IMG/VR virus record: IMGVR_UViG_3300046168_000050
Direction: 5' to 3' (one strand)
Length of the DNA stretch: 64,000 bases
From: a virus
Position numbers and translations under genes: made by a program. Of this stretch, positions 25,763 to 35,845 are shown in pieces. The notes beneath the pieces are model-generated. The model was not told the origin of the DNA and ran no database searches. It saw nothing but the letters and a program-made list of their open reading frames with translations. Every line of letters starts with the position of its first letter. Position 1 is the first letter of the stretch.

Positions 25763-27133
25763 TTACTGTATTTTAAAATCTTTAAAGCGTTCATTCATGT
25801 GGGACTTATCAAAAGCCGGAACATCATCCATGACACCATCAGTCGCATTCTCTGCATCATAAAGTCTCATCCTTGACCGGTCAATACCTATAACAAATCT
25901 TTTATTTGCATTAGGATCGTTATATCTATTCTTAAGTTGTTTGACCATTATTTGGCCTTCTGTCTCAAGCTCTTCTGATGATATAAGGGCGAACATGAGA
26001 TCTGCGGTAGCGGGTAATCCAAAAGACTCGGACGTATCTTCAAGCCCAGGATCCGAGCTAGTATAACCACTACGAGTCGTTTGTGTTGCAGATACGATCG
26101 GAACGTCAAACTCCACCGCAAGACCTCGTAGCTCTTCAGCAATTGCTTTAATGTAGGTGTATGAATTGATTGCACCACCCATTCCTTTCATACGAGAAGA
26201 AGAACATATATTAAGATAATCAATAAAAATCATATCTGGCACAAAGTTCTTTTTTAGTTTAAGTTCATTGAGCAAAGCTCGGAAGTGTCCGGTATGAGCA
26301 GAGCCAGTTGGATACTCTTTAATAATAAGCTTGCCATTTGTCTTTGCCGCAACCTGATCAACTTTAGAAGTCAGCATATCTTTCGTGATGTGCTGTAACT
26401 GATCTAACGGAATATTTAATAGATTAGCATCAATGCGTTCTGCAATACGTTCTTCTGCCATTTCCATGGTAATGTAAAGTACGTTTTTTCCTTGAGTAAG
26501 GACATTACCTGCCATATGACACATAAACAACGATTTGCCTACACCTGTGCCAGCAAGAGCGATATTAAGAGTTTTATTAGGTAATCCGCCTTTGGTAATC
26601 TTGTTAAAATAATCTAAGTCAAACGGAATACGCTCTTCATCTTCGTGATAAAACTCATAACGTTTTTCAACATCTTCAATATAGTCATGACCTACAGACG
26701 GATCAAATGTTACAGATAAGGCTTTTGATAGCAAGTCAGGCATAGCGGTTTTAGTAAGTGTCTGATGCTTGCCGTCAATAATACTAATGCTTTCCATTAC
26801 TGCATTATGAATAGCTCTGTCCTGACACCATTTTTCAGTAGTATCTATAAGCCATTCTTCATCAGCCTTCTCACTCTTATCAAACACATTCGGTAAAATT
26901 TCCATAGCCGCAGTGTATTGATCATCATTAAATTTATCAGACTGGTCTATTTCTATTTTAAAAGAATCAATGGTAGGAAGTTTATTATACTTAGCAACAA
27001 ACTTTGCTACCTCTTTGAACAGCTGATTGTACACTCCCTGAAAATATTCAGGTTTAATAAAAGGAAGAACCTTACGAGTGTAAGGCTCATCAATCAATAG
27101 ATGTTTAAGTATTGTCTGTTCAACGTTACTCAT
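25763..27133 (-). CDS. 41: replicative DNA helicase gp41
   Basis: LAGTGVGKS, YITMEM, IDYLNI, SESFGLP. Confidence 0.95.
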   Translation of the reverse strand: MSNVEQTILKHLLIDEPYTRKVLPFIKPEYFQGVYNQLFKEVAKFVAKYNKLPTIDSFKIEIDQSDKFNDDQYTAAMEILPNVFDKSEKADEEWLIDTTEKWCQDRAIHNAVMESISIIDGKHQTLTKTAMPDLLSKALSVTFDPSVGHDYIEDVEKRYEFYHEDEERIPFDLDYFNKITKGGLPNKTLNIALAGTGVGKSLFMCHMAGNVLTQGKNVLYITMEMAEERIAERIDANLLNIPLDQLQHITKDMLTSKVDQVAAKTNGKLIIKEYPTGSAHTGHFRALLNELKLKKNFVPDMIFIDYLNICSSSRMKGMGGAINSYTYIKAIAEELRGLAVEFDVPIVSATQTTRSGYTSSDPGLEDTSESFGLPATADLMFALISSEELETEGQIMVKQLKNRYNDPNANKRFVIGIDRSRMRLYDAENATDGVMDDVPAFDKSHMNERFKDFKIQ

Positions 27134-27416
27134 TATTTTCCATTTCGTTTAAGTTATTAACTAGTATGCTTTCTAATATTTTTCCGGCGTATTTTTGAAA
27201 GTCGACATTGTCAACCGACAATTCGTTATCAGGAGAAAAATGCATGTTAAAATCGAATTTCATTTCAGCACTATTGTCATCGAATTTAATATTACCAAAG
27301 CTAATTACCGACTCAATGAATTCGCCGTTTTTGATACGAATATGCCAGTATTCCTCATCGCCGGGTATTAACTCATAATCAATATTTTCTTCTAGCATAT
27401 TAGGAATTTTAACCAT
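27126..27416 (-). CDS. hypothetical protein (gp40 position)
   Basis: Between uvsX and 41; start uncertain. Confidence 0.55.
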   Translation of the reverse strand: MVKIPNMLEENIDYELIPGDEEYWHIRIKNGEFIESVISFGNIKFDDNSAEMKFDFNMHFSPDNELSVDNVDFQKYAGKILESILVNNLNEMENNE

Positions 27417-28461
27417 TAGCATCCTCCACGATATCATCCATATCTACTAAAGATTGATGACCAATACTATATTGCTTCTTTAAGAAATCTTTAAAATCTG
27501 TTTCAGCAAAGATTGGATCCCAGAAGGATTTATCAAGAGTGGCATCATGCCGAACCTTAGATCCAATTTCTCCAGATGTCTGATCAACAGCAGCATACCA
27601 GCCATTAGAAGGCTTAGTGACATAACCACCAGCAAGAGCGCAATCGAGCAACCCAGAGTACTTACGGACACCACCGTCCCAGGAAACAGTAATAGGAATT
27701 TTAGACTTTTCTTTAACATAACGACTTTTCTCCACGTTAATTACAAAGTGATAACCTTGAATCTCAGTGCCTTTCTTATCTTGTTGCCGGCCGAGGATCC
27801 AGATATTATCTGCGCTGTAGTATATACCAGTACCTCCACCAACAATAGCCTTTGGAAATAATCCAATTTCCATATACGTGTGATTGACAGCAATAAGTGG
27901 AATATTCTTCATTGTAAGATACGGTGTAGACATGCGGAACAAACCTTTTAAGGCTTTGGCGCGAGACATATCTGCAACGGACTTTTCATTGATAGCATCT
28001 TCTAATTCTTTTTTTGATGCTAAGTTGCCAATAGAGTCAATAACAATAATGACTTTATCATTTCTATCAATCTGTTCTAGTTGCCCAATAAGATCAAACT
28101 TGAGTTCTTCTACGTTAGCAATAGGAGTATGTAGAATGCGGGATGTGTCAATGCCAAACTGCTCAAAATAACTTTGAGGTGAACCAAACTCTGAGTCATA
28201 GAATAGCATAACAGCGTCTGCATGTTTCTTGAGATAGGCGCCCGCCATCAACAATGCAAAAGAAGTCTTAAAGTGTTTAGACGGTCCGGCTAGAACCGTA
28301 AGCCCGGGCGCTAGCCCGCCGTCAACTGATCCCGACAATGCCACATTAACCATAGGCACATCGGTCGGAGTCATATCTTTCTCTGTAAAAAACTTAGAGT
28401 CTGCTAGGACTTCAGCCGTTTTGATTTTACTGTTTTTCTTCAGTTTGTCCATAATCGACAT
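27409..28461 (-). CDS. uvsX: RecA-like recombinase UvsX
   Basis: AGPSKHFKT, YDSEFG, DSIGNL. Confidence 0.95.
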   Translation of the reverse strand: MSIMDKLKKNSKIKTAEVLADSKFFTEKDMTPTDVPMVNVALSGSVDGGLAPGLTVLAGPSKHFKTSFALLMAGAYLKKHADAVMLFYDSEFGSPQSYFEQFGIDTSRILHTPIANVEELKFDLIGQLEQIDRNDKVIIVIDSIGNLASKKELEDAINEKSVADMSRAKALKGLFRMSTPYLTMKNIPLIAVNHTYMEIGLFPKAIVGGGTGIYYSADNIWILGRQQDKKGTEIQGYHFVINVEKSRYVKEKSKIPITVSWDGGVRKYSGLLDCALAGGYVTKPSNGWYAAVDQTSGEIGSKVRHDATLDKSFWDPIFAETDFKDFLKKQYSIGHQSLVDMDDIVEDANG

Positions 28462-29263
28462 TTTGTTCTCTTTCTCTTTCGTCTAATTCATACATAGCTC
28501 TGTATTCATTATTAATTCTAACACATTCTCCAAGCAATGTAAACCCTTTATCGTGATTAAATAATGCACTTGTATCTTTTGGAAAGCATGCTCCACCATA
28601 TCCACGTTTATTGTCAAGACCTGGCACCGCAGTATGAGATTGTCCAATACGTGGGTCGGATATAATAGCGTTTACTATTTTATTATAAGAACCCTTGTTA
28701 TTTTCTATCACATCGTAAAACTGATTAAAGAATAACACTTTCATAGCTAAGAAAGAATTGATCCCATACTTGACATAGCTGGCATCTACTGCTGACATGC
28801 GATGAACCGGACAAGGCCGGCAAAGACTATGCTCTTTATAGTAGAATTCTAAGTCATCAATAATACCGTTTTCACCACCAAAAATATGCATACCTGGATT
28901 GATGAAGTCGTCAACAGCATTTTTTTCTGTAAGAAACTCAGGGTTATATATGATTCTATTTCCGCCTGATCCTTTTATAAGACTTTTTATAATATCAGGA
29001 GTAACAGTCGACTTAATGACAATAATACCTGACATTCGTTTTTTAAGTTGTTTGACGGTGTCTACTAAGATACTAGAATCAATAACTCCGTTTTTTCCCA
29101 TTGGCGTTGGCACACATACAAATGCTATATTTTCTTGTAATTTAATATCTTTAAGACTTACATTGTATTTAGGATCTACTAATTGTATTCTTACACCCGG
29201 AGTTTTAAAACCATATTCTACGGCCTTACCGACAAAACCATGGCCTACAATAGTAATTTTCAT
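28427..29263 (-). CDS. UDP-glucose/GDP-mannose dehydrogenase family
   Basis: GHGFVG, CVPTP, KSTV, NPEFL, GYGGACFPKD. Confidence 0.88.
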   Translation of the reverse strand: MKITIVGHGFVGKAVEYGFKTPGVRIQLVDPKYNVSLKDIKLQENIAFVCVPTPMGKNGVIDSSILVDTVKQLKKRMSGIIVIKSTVTPDIIKSLIKGSGGNRIIYNPEFLTEKNAVDDFINPGMHIFGGENGIIDDLEFYYKEHSLCRPCPVHRMSAVDASYVKYGINSFLAMKVLFFNQFYDVIENNKGSYNKIVNAIISDPRIGQSHTAVPGLDNKRGYGGACFPKDTSALFNHDKGFTLLGECVRINNEYRAMYELDEREREQNVDYGQTEEKQ

Positions 29264-29267
29264 TCTT

Positions 29268-29678
29268 TTATCCTATATTTGATAGACGAGTTCTTAATTC
29301 CGATGACGAAAATCTATGATCTCTTTTATTATAATACAATTCAATGTTTCTGGCAGAACAAATAGATCTGCCTGTAAACGTATCTCTTTTATATTCTTCA
29401 CCTAAAATTCTTACGTCGAAATGAAACATCTGCAGAATGTCTTCTAGATCTTGCTCCGTTTGATATGGAATTATTTCATCTACATATTTTACGCCTTGAA
29501 GCTGAGTCCATCTTTCTACTAAAGATTGAACCGGTGAATTCTTATTTGACCGATCTACACTCGGATCTACTTGCAAACCGCATATCAGATAATCACAAAC
29601 TGTTTTAGCTTCTCGTAACATTGATATATGACCTGCATGTAGCAGATCAAACGTCGAAGCAGTAAATCCTATTTTCAT
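29268..29678 (-). CDS. TagD-like cytidylyltransferase
   Basis: STFDLLHAGH, R.H.FSSSELR. Confidence 0.85.
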   Translation of the reverse strand: MKIGFTASTFDLLHAGHISMLREAKTVCDYLICGLQVDPSVDRSNKNSPVQSLVERWTQLQGVKYVDEIIPYQTEQDLEDILQMFHFDVRILGEEYKRDTFTGRSICSARNIELYYNKRDHRFSSSELRTRLSNIG

Positions 29679-30052
29679 GGGTTTGAACTATCGTCATCAA
29701 AGTCATCATCCATATGATATCCTACAGTTTCACGTTCAATATCGTTATGATTAAACTCGGCCCAATATAATTCATAAGCTATGCCTTCTTTAAGACATTC
29801 AAATTGATGATAGAGACCAGGTTTTACTTTATGATACTCTCCTTCATCTAGAACAGTGACATCACATAAATCATAGTCACGCTGCCATGTGCGGATAAGC
29901 ATTTTACCAGATTCAACATAGAAGCCATTCCATTTATAACGATGCAAATGTTTTGAGCAAACTCCACCTTCTTCCATTTCAATACGATGAAACTCTAAAG
30001 CACCATTGGCTTCAATCAGTTCTGTCGTGCCCCATATTTTACCGGCTTTCAT
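29675..30052 (-). CDS. cupin-domain protein
   Basis: KIWG, CSKHLH, YHQF. Confidence 0.75.
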   Translation of the reverse strand: MKAGKIWGTTELIEANGALEFHRIEMEEGGVCSKHLHRYKWNGFYVESGKMLIRTWQRDYDLCDVTVLDEGEYHKVKPGLYHQFECLKEGIAYELYWAEFNHNDIERETVGYHMDDDFDDDSSNP

Positions 30053-30200
30053 ACTCTATCTCCATTAATTGTGCAATTCTTTTATATGCATTCTGTACTT
30101 CATCTTGTAATTGATGTACATTATTTTCAAGTAAATCTATTTTATTAGCTTGAGCGATAATGATCTTTCTATTTTTCTCAGCTTCCATCTCATCTGGCAT
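30039..30200 (-). CDS. small coiled-coil protein (53 aa, not in ORF track)
   Basis: MPDEMEAE...LQDEVQNAYKRIAQL; fills gap with coupled start. Confidence 0.55.
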   Translation of the reverse strand: MPDEMEAEKNRKIIIAQANKIDLLENNVHQLQDEVQNAYKRIAQLMEIEYESR

Positions 30201-31147
30201 CATAGCATAACTCCATTTTTATATGCGTATTCTAGTGCATTATTAGCTTCGGTTTCTAACGGCCGGTTTTCATATATATTAGCTGTATCTTTATCGATTT
30301 GTTTAATAAGATCTACGATTTGCACTGCAGTAATAGGATATTTTTTTTCAATAGCATTACCGGCAATAGATATCATCATTCTATAGATCATGCGATATCT
30401 ACCAGTTCCATCAATATTAGCAATACTCATATATTCTTGTAATAATTTTTTATTTACAAATGGGCAATCTGCGTAACTAGACCAAACATAATCAGTATTA
30501 TCAAGTTTAGATTTGCGGTAATCGATTATCTGTTCACGCCATGCGTCGGGCAGCCTGTCAAGAAAGTTCTTACTATTCTGTTTTTCGCTATATTCCCATT
30601 TGGCCATTAGCTCATCGGGATTAATTACCTTACCACTATTATTAGAAAATACAAAGTTATAAGCATTACTGTAATCTGCAGGAACATAATACATACGAGA
30701 TAAATCTTTAGTTTGTTTATCTCCAAGCGAATCAATCTCGGTATTGAGGGCGAACCAGAAGTGCTTGATTCTATCAGCTTCAACCGTTGACGTAAGCGGA
30801 AAAACAATTCTGAACTTAGGTAAATTATGAGTGCTGCTGGCAGTAGAATAAACAATATATTTTGAATGGCCAAAGCGGTTTCTAAGATCATCTTCTAGCC
30901 CGCCTTTAGGTAAGTAATCATCAACATCAACAGCAGCCCAAGCTCCCCAATAAGCCACATTTTTGTTTGCCCGAGTAGTCCCATCAAAATAAGTAGCCGG
31001 TGATATAAGTTCAGCATCTAATTTCCCTTCAAGTTTTCTTTCCGACAGTTTATATATGAATTTTTCAAACTTGTCCCAAGACTCAAAGTCCATGCGCCTA
31101 TGAGTTTTATTATCATATCTGCTCTTAAAAACAGTAAGTGAATACAT
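30200..31147 (-). CDS. AEP/PrimPol-like primase
   Basis: ISPA.Y...R...NV, VDVDD, YSTASS...PKFRIVFPL, D.QTKD.SRMYYVP. Confidence 0.65.
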   Translation of the reverse strand: MYSLTVFKSRYDNKTHRRMDFESWDKFEKFIYKLSERKLEGKLDAELISPATYFDGTTRANKNVAYWGAWAAVDVDDYLPKGGLEDDLRNRFGHSKYIVYSTASSTHNLPKFRIVFPLTSTVEADRIKHFWFALNTEIDSLGDKQTKDLSRMYYVPADYSNAYNFVFSNNSGKVINPDELMAKWEYSEKQNSKNFLDRLPDAWREQIIDYRKSKLDNTDYVWSSYADCPFVNKKLLQEYMSIANIDGTGRYRMIYRMMISIAGNAIEKKYPITAVQIVDLIKQIDKDTANIYENRPLETEANNALEYAYKNGVML

Positions 31148-33687
31148 TACATAAAATCTTCTAATGTGGCTACAGGTTCTGGTTTCCAATTGACGGCATC
31201 AAGTATAGGCTGCAGCGGTTCAATAAAGGTCTTCTCAAACATTATACCATAGTCTACATATGTTTGTAAACCTATTTCTTTAGGTAATATGCCAGGAAAT
31301 GAAATAACATTCTCTTTGATAGGATTCGGTATCTTAAGATAAAGGAATTTTACTTTCTCACCGTTCTTGATAGTTTCATATTTTCTACCAAGATTGTTTT
31401 GGTTTATTAGATGATTATACAAGAGAGACCCACGTACGTGGATGGGTGTGCCTTTACCATAAATAGTCTTGCGATCTTTCCACTTATTTACACTTGTTAC
31501 ACCACGTGGAAAGGCAATGCTTTCTGCCGGCAAATTATTAAACTCATGCTTAAAGTCGGCTATAAACTTTTGCGTATCTTTCTCGGTACTATTGATAATA
31601 ACTTTAAAGATCTGTTTAAACTTGTCACGAACAACTTCAGGCGTCGAGGACTTAATGGCTTCAATACCCATCATCTTTAGCTTGGGCTCTGCGAATTGTA
31701 CACCTTCTGAATTATGCACATTTAAGATATATCTTTTCTTAGCGGTCCATATACCTCGATCAGCAATAACCTCGCGGGCCATTTCCATCCGAGGCATATA
31801 TCCGTTCATGACAGAGAAGAATTCATCATACGATTTTGCCATTGATTTTTCAAAATGCTCTGAGCATATTTTATCAAGAAACTTGACAGGATCTTTAGGG
31901 GCGAACTGTTTAACCAATGGACCCATATTCACATAGATTGAATCAGTATCAATAGCAACAATGTAATCTTTGTTTGCTTTAGTAATATCGTTCATAGCCT
32001 TATTCATACACTGCTCGGCCCACTTAATAACAGTCTGACCCGTGAGTGTGACAGACTCTGCTAGTGCGTTATCAAAATACTTAAAGTACTTATTAGCCAG
32101 TGCGCCATACAAAGAGTTGAGTAGAATCTTAATTGCCATCTGGTTGTTTTCAAGCTGGTTAATTTTAGACTCTAGTGATTTATCTTTTGTCTTCTCATAT
32201 TCCGATTGAGCAGCAAGCATTTGTTTTTTAATAGTACTTCTTTCAGCATAGTAGTCGACAATCAATTCTGGAATAATACCTTGCTTGGACCGCTCAAAGG
32301 GTACACCAGAGGCGCACACAGCATAGTGTGTGTCTACAGGCTTAGATCTATCATGTTGTGAAAGATAGTAATCGACGCCCTGAGGGAAACGAATATTATG
32401 ATCGCGGCATAGGGTTTCAGGTGAAATATTCTGTTGCACAATGATATTTGGATATAGTGAATTAAGATCAAAAGATACAACCCAGTCGTGCGCGCCTACT
32501 TGAGGATTTTTAACAAAACCACCAGCGATAGCTGTGCCGCTACCACCTTCAGCGCCGACTACAGCATATGGGACTTTTTGTATTTGAGTTATCGGTGATA
32601 TGATATTATTACCTAATAGTCTACGATATATAATCGATTCCCATATATTTGTAGTGCCAAATGTATCACTCACATTTACGCCACCACGATACGCCATAGT
32701 CAGCGCTAGCGATATAAGCCCCATCTTTTTATCGATATTGTTGACAAGCTGTACATCTTTAATATTATAGTCAATAAACTTTTGGTGGTCTTCTTTGTAT
32801 AGTGTATAAAGATTACCATGTTCTTCGTAAGACAGCTTCTTTTCACCTAATACAGTATAGGCAATATGATCAAGTTTATATGATTCTTGATTACCATATG
32901 AATATCCGAACTTCTTGAACAGCTCCAAGTAATCAGCCTGCTGTATTCCTACTAGTTCAAAAGCCAACAGATCGCGCTGCATAGATCTAACTTTACGTTC
33001 GTTTATAAGATTCCATGGTGACAGACGCTTCATAGCAGACTCAGTACCTAGCATAGCTATACGATTCACAAGATAAGGAATATCAAAGAAACGGATATTC
33101 CAACCTGTTATAACGTCAGGATAATTTTTAGTCCAGTATCCTAAAAATTTACCGAGCAGTTCTTCTTCTGATTTACAGTGATGATATTGAACTAGATCGC
33201 CGCCAAGATCAATTGATATCTTAGAAGGATCATACTCATCTAGACCCCATACTTGATAGACCGAGGACTTACTAGACTTTAGTGCAATAGAGATAATAGG
33301 ATATGCTGCTTCTTCAGGAGTAGGGAATCCGTTATCAGATGCAACCTCAATATCAAAGTTAACTACATTCACATGATTAATGTCAAATTTTACATCATTA
33401 GGAAACTTTTCAGTAATAAACTGATGGATATAGTTTGTGGTGCCATGGACCGTAAAGCTTTCAATACCATCGTATTTCTCAACAAATTCTTTGGCGTCCC
33501 TCATCGATGCGAGCTTAATTGGCTTAAGCTGTTTACCAAATAAGGAACGGTACTTCGAAGGGTCTTTCGATTCAATGTATAAAGAAGGTTCAAATTTATA
33601 TTTCTGGGCTATGCTACTTCCATTGTCAGAATAGCCGCGGTATAGTATTGAATTACCGTATCGGTTTACGGATGTATAAAAAGCCAT
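31147..33687 (-). CDS. 43: family B DNA polymerase gp43
   Basis: DIE exo [23 protein letters not shown]. Confidence 0.97.
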   Translation of the reverse strand: MAFYTSVNRYGNSILYRGYSDNGSSIAQKYKFEPSLYIESKDPSKYRSLFGKQLKPIKLASMRDAKEFVEKYDGIESFTVHGTTNYIHQFITEKFPNDVKFDINHVNVVNFDIEVASDNGFPTPEEAAYPIISIALKSSKSSVYQVWGLDEYDPSKISIDLGGDLVQYHHCKSEEELLGKFLGYWTKNYPDVITGWNIRFFDIPYLVNRIAMLGTESAMKRLSPWNLINERKVRSMQRDLLAFELVGIQQADYLELFKKFGYSYGNQESYKLDHIAYTVLGEKKLSYEEHGNLYTLYKEDHQKFIDYNIKDVQLVNNIDKKMGLISLALTMAYRGGVNVSDTFGTTNIWESIIYRRLLGNNIISPITQIQKVPYAVVGAEGGSGTAIAGGFVKNPQVGAHDWVVSFDLNSLYPNIIVQQNISPETLCRDHNIRFPQGVDYYLSQHDRSKPVDTHYAVCASGVPFERSKQGIIPELIVDYYAERSTIKKQMLAAQSEYEKTKDKSLESKINQLENNQMAIKILLNSLYGALANKYFKYFDNALAESVTLTGQTVIKWAEQCMNKAMNDITKANKDYIVAIDTDSIYVNMGPLVKQFAPKDPVKFLDKICSEHFEKSMAKSYDEFFSVMNGYMPRMEMAREVIADRGIWTAKKRYILNVHNSEGVQFAEPKLKMMGIEAIKSSTPEVVRDKFKQIFKVIINSTEKDTQKFIADFKHEFNNLPAESIAFPRGVTSVNKWKDRKTIYGKGTPIHVRGSLLYNHLINQNNLGRKYETIKNGEKVKFLYLKIPNPIKENVISFPGILPKEIGLQTYVDYGIMFEKTFIEPLQPILDAVNWKPEPVATLEDFM

Positions 33688-33709
33688 GTGTTCTCCTATC
33701 AACAGCACC

Positions 33710-33746
33710 ATTCTAACACAAAAAAGGGGAGTTGTACACCCCCCTT
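33710..33746 (-). promoter_or_regulatory. g43 promoter TGTACA-17-TAGAAT overlapping a terminator hairpin
   Basis: -35 lies in the hairpin AAGGGGGG...CCCCTT-TTTT. Confidence 0.65.
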
Positions 33747-33860
33747 TTAAATATTTTTTCCGTCAGGCGTATGAGTGCCTGAATTATGTAATGCCCATCG
33801 AAAGCTGTCCACATGTCCCAGCCTTCTGATCTAAGTTGGGCATACCATTGTTTAAATCGT

Positions 33861-34058
33861 TTATATCGTTGGATTATATTGCTCTCCATTGTAACCGGGA
33901 TATGACTGGCCTTTATGAACACCAGAGTTACAACCTACAACCACCACAAGTAGAAAGATGATTGACCACAATGTGACTCTCTTAGACCACACAATAAATT
34001 GCTCAAACGTTTTTTCTGCTTCTTTCTGCGCGGCAGCTCTTACTTCTTCATCGGTCAT
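33861..34058 (-). CDS. small TM protein resembling aa3 cytochrome c oxidase subunit IV
   Basis: AEKTFEQFIVWSKRVTLWSIIFLLVVV resembles EKTF.GF+TM signature. Confidence 0.45.
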   Translation of the reverse strand: MTDEEVRAAAQKEAEKTFEQFIVWSKRVTLWSIIFLLVVVVGCNSGVHKGQSYPGYNGEQYNPTI

Positions 34059-34234
34059 TAAGATCTCGTTCTGTAATATGATCTATAAATTTCACGTAGC
34101 TCAACGCTATCAGTGGATTCTTGCACTATATAGTCAGTTTTATCAACTCTAGCTGCATCGGCCATACCAATAGCATCTTCTTCTCTACTAGCAATAGCAA
34201 TAATTTCACCATCTTTTTTTCTTATTATAAACAT
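34058..34234 (-). CDS. small hypothetical protein (58 aa)
   Basis: MFIIRKKDGEIIAIASREEDA; TAATG coupling. Confidence 0.6.
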   Translation of the reverse strand: MFIIRKKDGEIIAIASREEDAIGMADAARVDKTDYIVQESTDSVELREIYRSYYRTRS

Positions 34235-34404
34235 TAGTTAAGCCCAAAACAAGGAAGGATATTAAGGTTGCAGTACCTTCCATAATCTTCAAGACCTACC
34301 ATTGCCATTAGTAGCAGGACGGGAACAACTGCAATCATAAATACAATAACCGCAAATGCTTTTCCAAGGTCTTTAGTTGTACAATATTCAGTGTGCTCAC
34401 TCAT
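34234..34404 (-). CDS. small membrane protein (56 aa)
   Basis: MSEHTEYCTTKDLGKAFAVIVFMIAVVPVLLL. Confidence 0.6.
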   Translation of the reverse strand: MSEHTEYCTTKDLGKAFAVIVFMIAVVPVLLLMAMVGLEDYGRYCNLNILPCFGLN

Positions 34405-34405
34405 A

Positions 34406-34642
34406 TTAACGCTCCGCTAACACTATAGTAGTTTGAGAATCGTGGTAATCTCCATTTTCATAATAATCCCTAAAAGCTTCTTCTTTTACCATTACACCGT
34501 CTTTTACACGATATGTTACAATTTCTCGTCGAATAACATCTGTAGTGTCTGCATCAAATGCTGATTTAAACGGCCCCTCATCACCCATTTTCAACCAATC
34601 CCCTGCTGTAGTAAATTTCAAGTCTTGCATTTCATTATTCAT
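34406..34642 (-). CDS. hypothetical protein
   Basis: Start reassigned to MNNEMQ. Confidence 0.55.
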   Translation of the reverse strand: MNNEMQDLKFTTAGDWLKMGDEGPFKSAFDADTTDVIRREIVTYRVKDGVMVKEEAFRDYYENGDYHDSQTTIVLAER

Positions 34643-34925
34643 GTTCGCCGCCCGGTCCTCTTCCGCTATAAAATCCATATGGCTTACGCTTAGCCAGTTC
34701 AAATGTAGCAACCGTAATAGCAACTGCGCCGAGTAATAATGAATGAGCGATCATACTATAAAGACCTGCCCACATACTACCCGCTATGAAACCAAATACA
34801 ATACACCACATCCAAGCCAACACTTGCATTATCATATGCCGAGTGTTTAAATCAGGAATATTACTTAATGGATTAAGATTGTGATCCATTACCACATTCC
34901 AGCAACTAAAAATAAACGCTCTCAT
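34635..34925 (-). CDS. small 2-TM membrane protein
   Basis: NPLSNIPD..RHMIMQVLAWMWCIVF. Confidence 0.65.
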   Translation of the reverse strand: MRAFIFSCWNVVMDHNLNPLSNIPDLNTRHMIMQVLAWMWCIVFGFIAGSMWAGLYSMIAHSLLLGAVAITVATFELAKRKPYGFYSGRGPGGEHE

Positions 34926-35146
34926 TATTTTTTCTCCGAAACAAAGCTATACATTTCTTTTGCTTTATTCATTAAATCGTCCATAGAATACATTTTATAG
35001 GCATCTTGTACTTCTTCATAGTTCTTTTTGCCTTGCTCATACATGTCGTTCATGAGCTGTACATTCATACTGTACTGTTGATCCATATAATCTTTTGCAA
35101 GCTTAAGCATATCTGCTCTTATTTCGAATGGGTTTTTATTAGTCAT
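34925..35146 (-). CDS. conserved phage hypothetical protein
   Basis: NKNPFEIR.DML.LAKDY...AKEMYSFVS. Confidence 0.7.
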   Translation of the reverse strand: MTNKNPFEIRADMLKLAKDYMDQQYSMNVQLMNDMYEQGKKNYEEVQDAYKMYSMDDLMNKAKEMYSFVSEKK

Positions 35147-35339
35147 TAACATATCCTTTCATATCAGTTGCAAGCTTATGAACGGCTTCATCCATAGCTT
35201 TAAGTTGATCTTTATAAAAGTTGAAAGTATAAGCATTTGCTGCTTTGCTAAAAGTATCCCAACCGGCTACTTTTAAGTCGACCATTTCTTCATAGAAAGT
35301 TTTATTATGGTCCATAAATTGTTTGTATGTAAAAATCAT
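35139..35339 (-). CDS. hypothetical protein
   Basis: AGGAG RBS preceded by CA-repeat. Confidence 0.65.
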   Translation of the reverse strand: MIFTYKQFMDHNKTFYEEMVDLKVAGWDTFSKAANAYTFNFYKDQLKAMDEAVHKLATDMKGYVND

Positions 35340-35372
35340 TTACATCTCCTATTTGTGTGTTGTGTGTGACTA

Positions 35373-35407
35373 AGAGGGCGATCTCCCGCCCTCTGTGCTT
35401 ATTTATA
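35373..35407 (-). promoter_or_regulatory. late promoter (35400-35407) followed by 5' hairpin
   Basis: TATAAATA then AGAGGGCG..CGCCCTCT. Confidence 0.6.
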
Positions 35408-35414
35408 TGGATTA

Positions 35415-35591
35415 CTAATTATCATGTAATTTTTGTATTTCCATCATGCACTTCCGAGACTCCTCGTGAAGCCCCATTCTTGCGAGCTCCGCTGCCGCTC
35501 TGGAGTATCCAATCGTCTGCGTAAACCGATCGAATGAAGACCACAAACCCGACAAGGGTGAGAAGACATAGTTTGCTACTAAAGCTGTCAT
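35415..35591 (-). CDS. small hypothetical protein
   Basis: GYSRAAAELARMG; TAATG coupling. Confidence 0.6.
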   Translation of the reverse strand: MTALVANYVFSPLSGLWSSFDRFTQTIGYSRAAAELARMGLHEESRKCMMEIQKLHDN

Positions 35592-35845
35592 TAGACCCAT
35601 CCTCTTAGATTATTATTAGCTTTGACATTATTGATGGTCTCATTAGCCCGTGCAACCGTATAAATGTCGCCGCGTGTAAGACCAATATCTGCTAAATCAT
35701 AATCTGATAATTTGCCTAATTGATGTTCTGTTTCTTTAATAGCCCGAACTTCTAGACGATGCTGCCTATAGCTACGGATTGCGTCAATAAGTTGCTCAAC
35801 TACTCTCGTTGAGAAGCTGTGCGCTGTTAGTATATGTTGTGTCAT
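35591..35845 (-). CDS. DUF1127 (YjiS-like) protein
   Basis: R..R...T..QL.KLSDYDLADIGLTRGDI. Confidence 0.85.
   Translation of the reverse strand: MTQHILTAHSFSTRVVEQLIDAIRSYRQHRLEVRAIKETEHQLGKLSDYDLADIGLTRGDIYTVARANETINNVKANNNLRGWV

Noticed and set aside
33713-33922. 69 aa ORF upstream of g43
   Set aside because: Overlaps the neighbouring gene and runs through the terminator/promoter; could be a real short or error-affected gene but is unsupported
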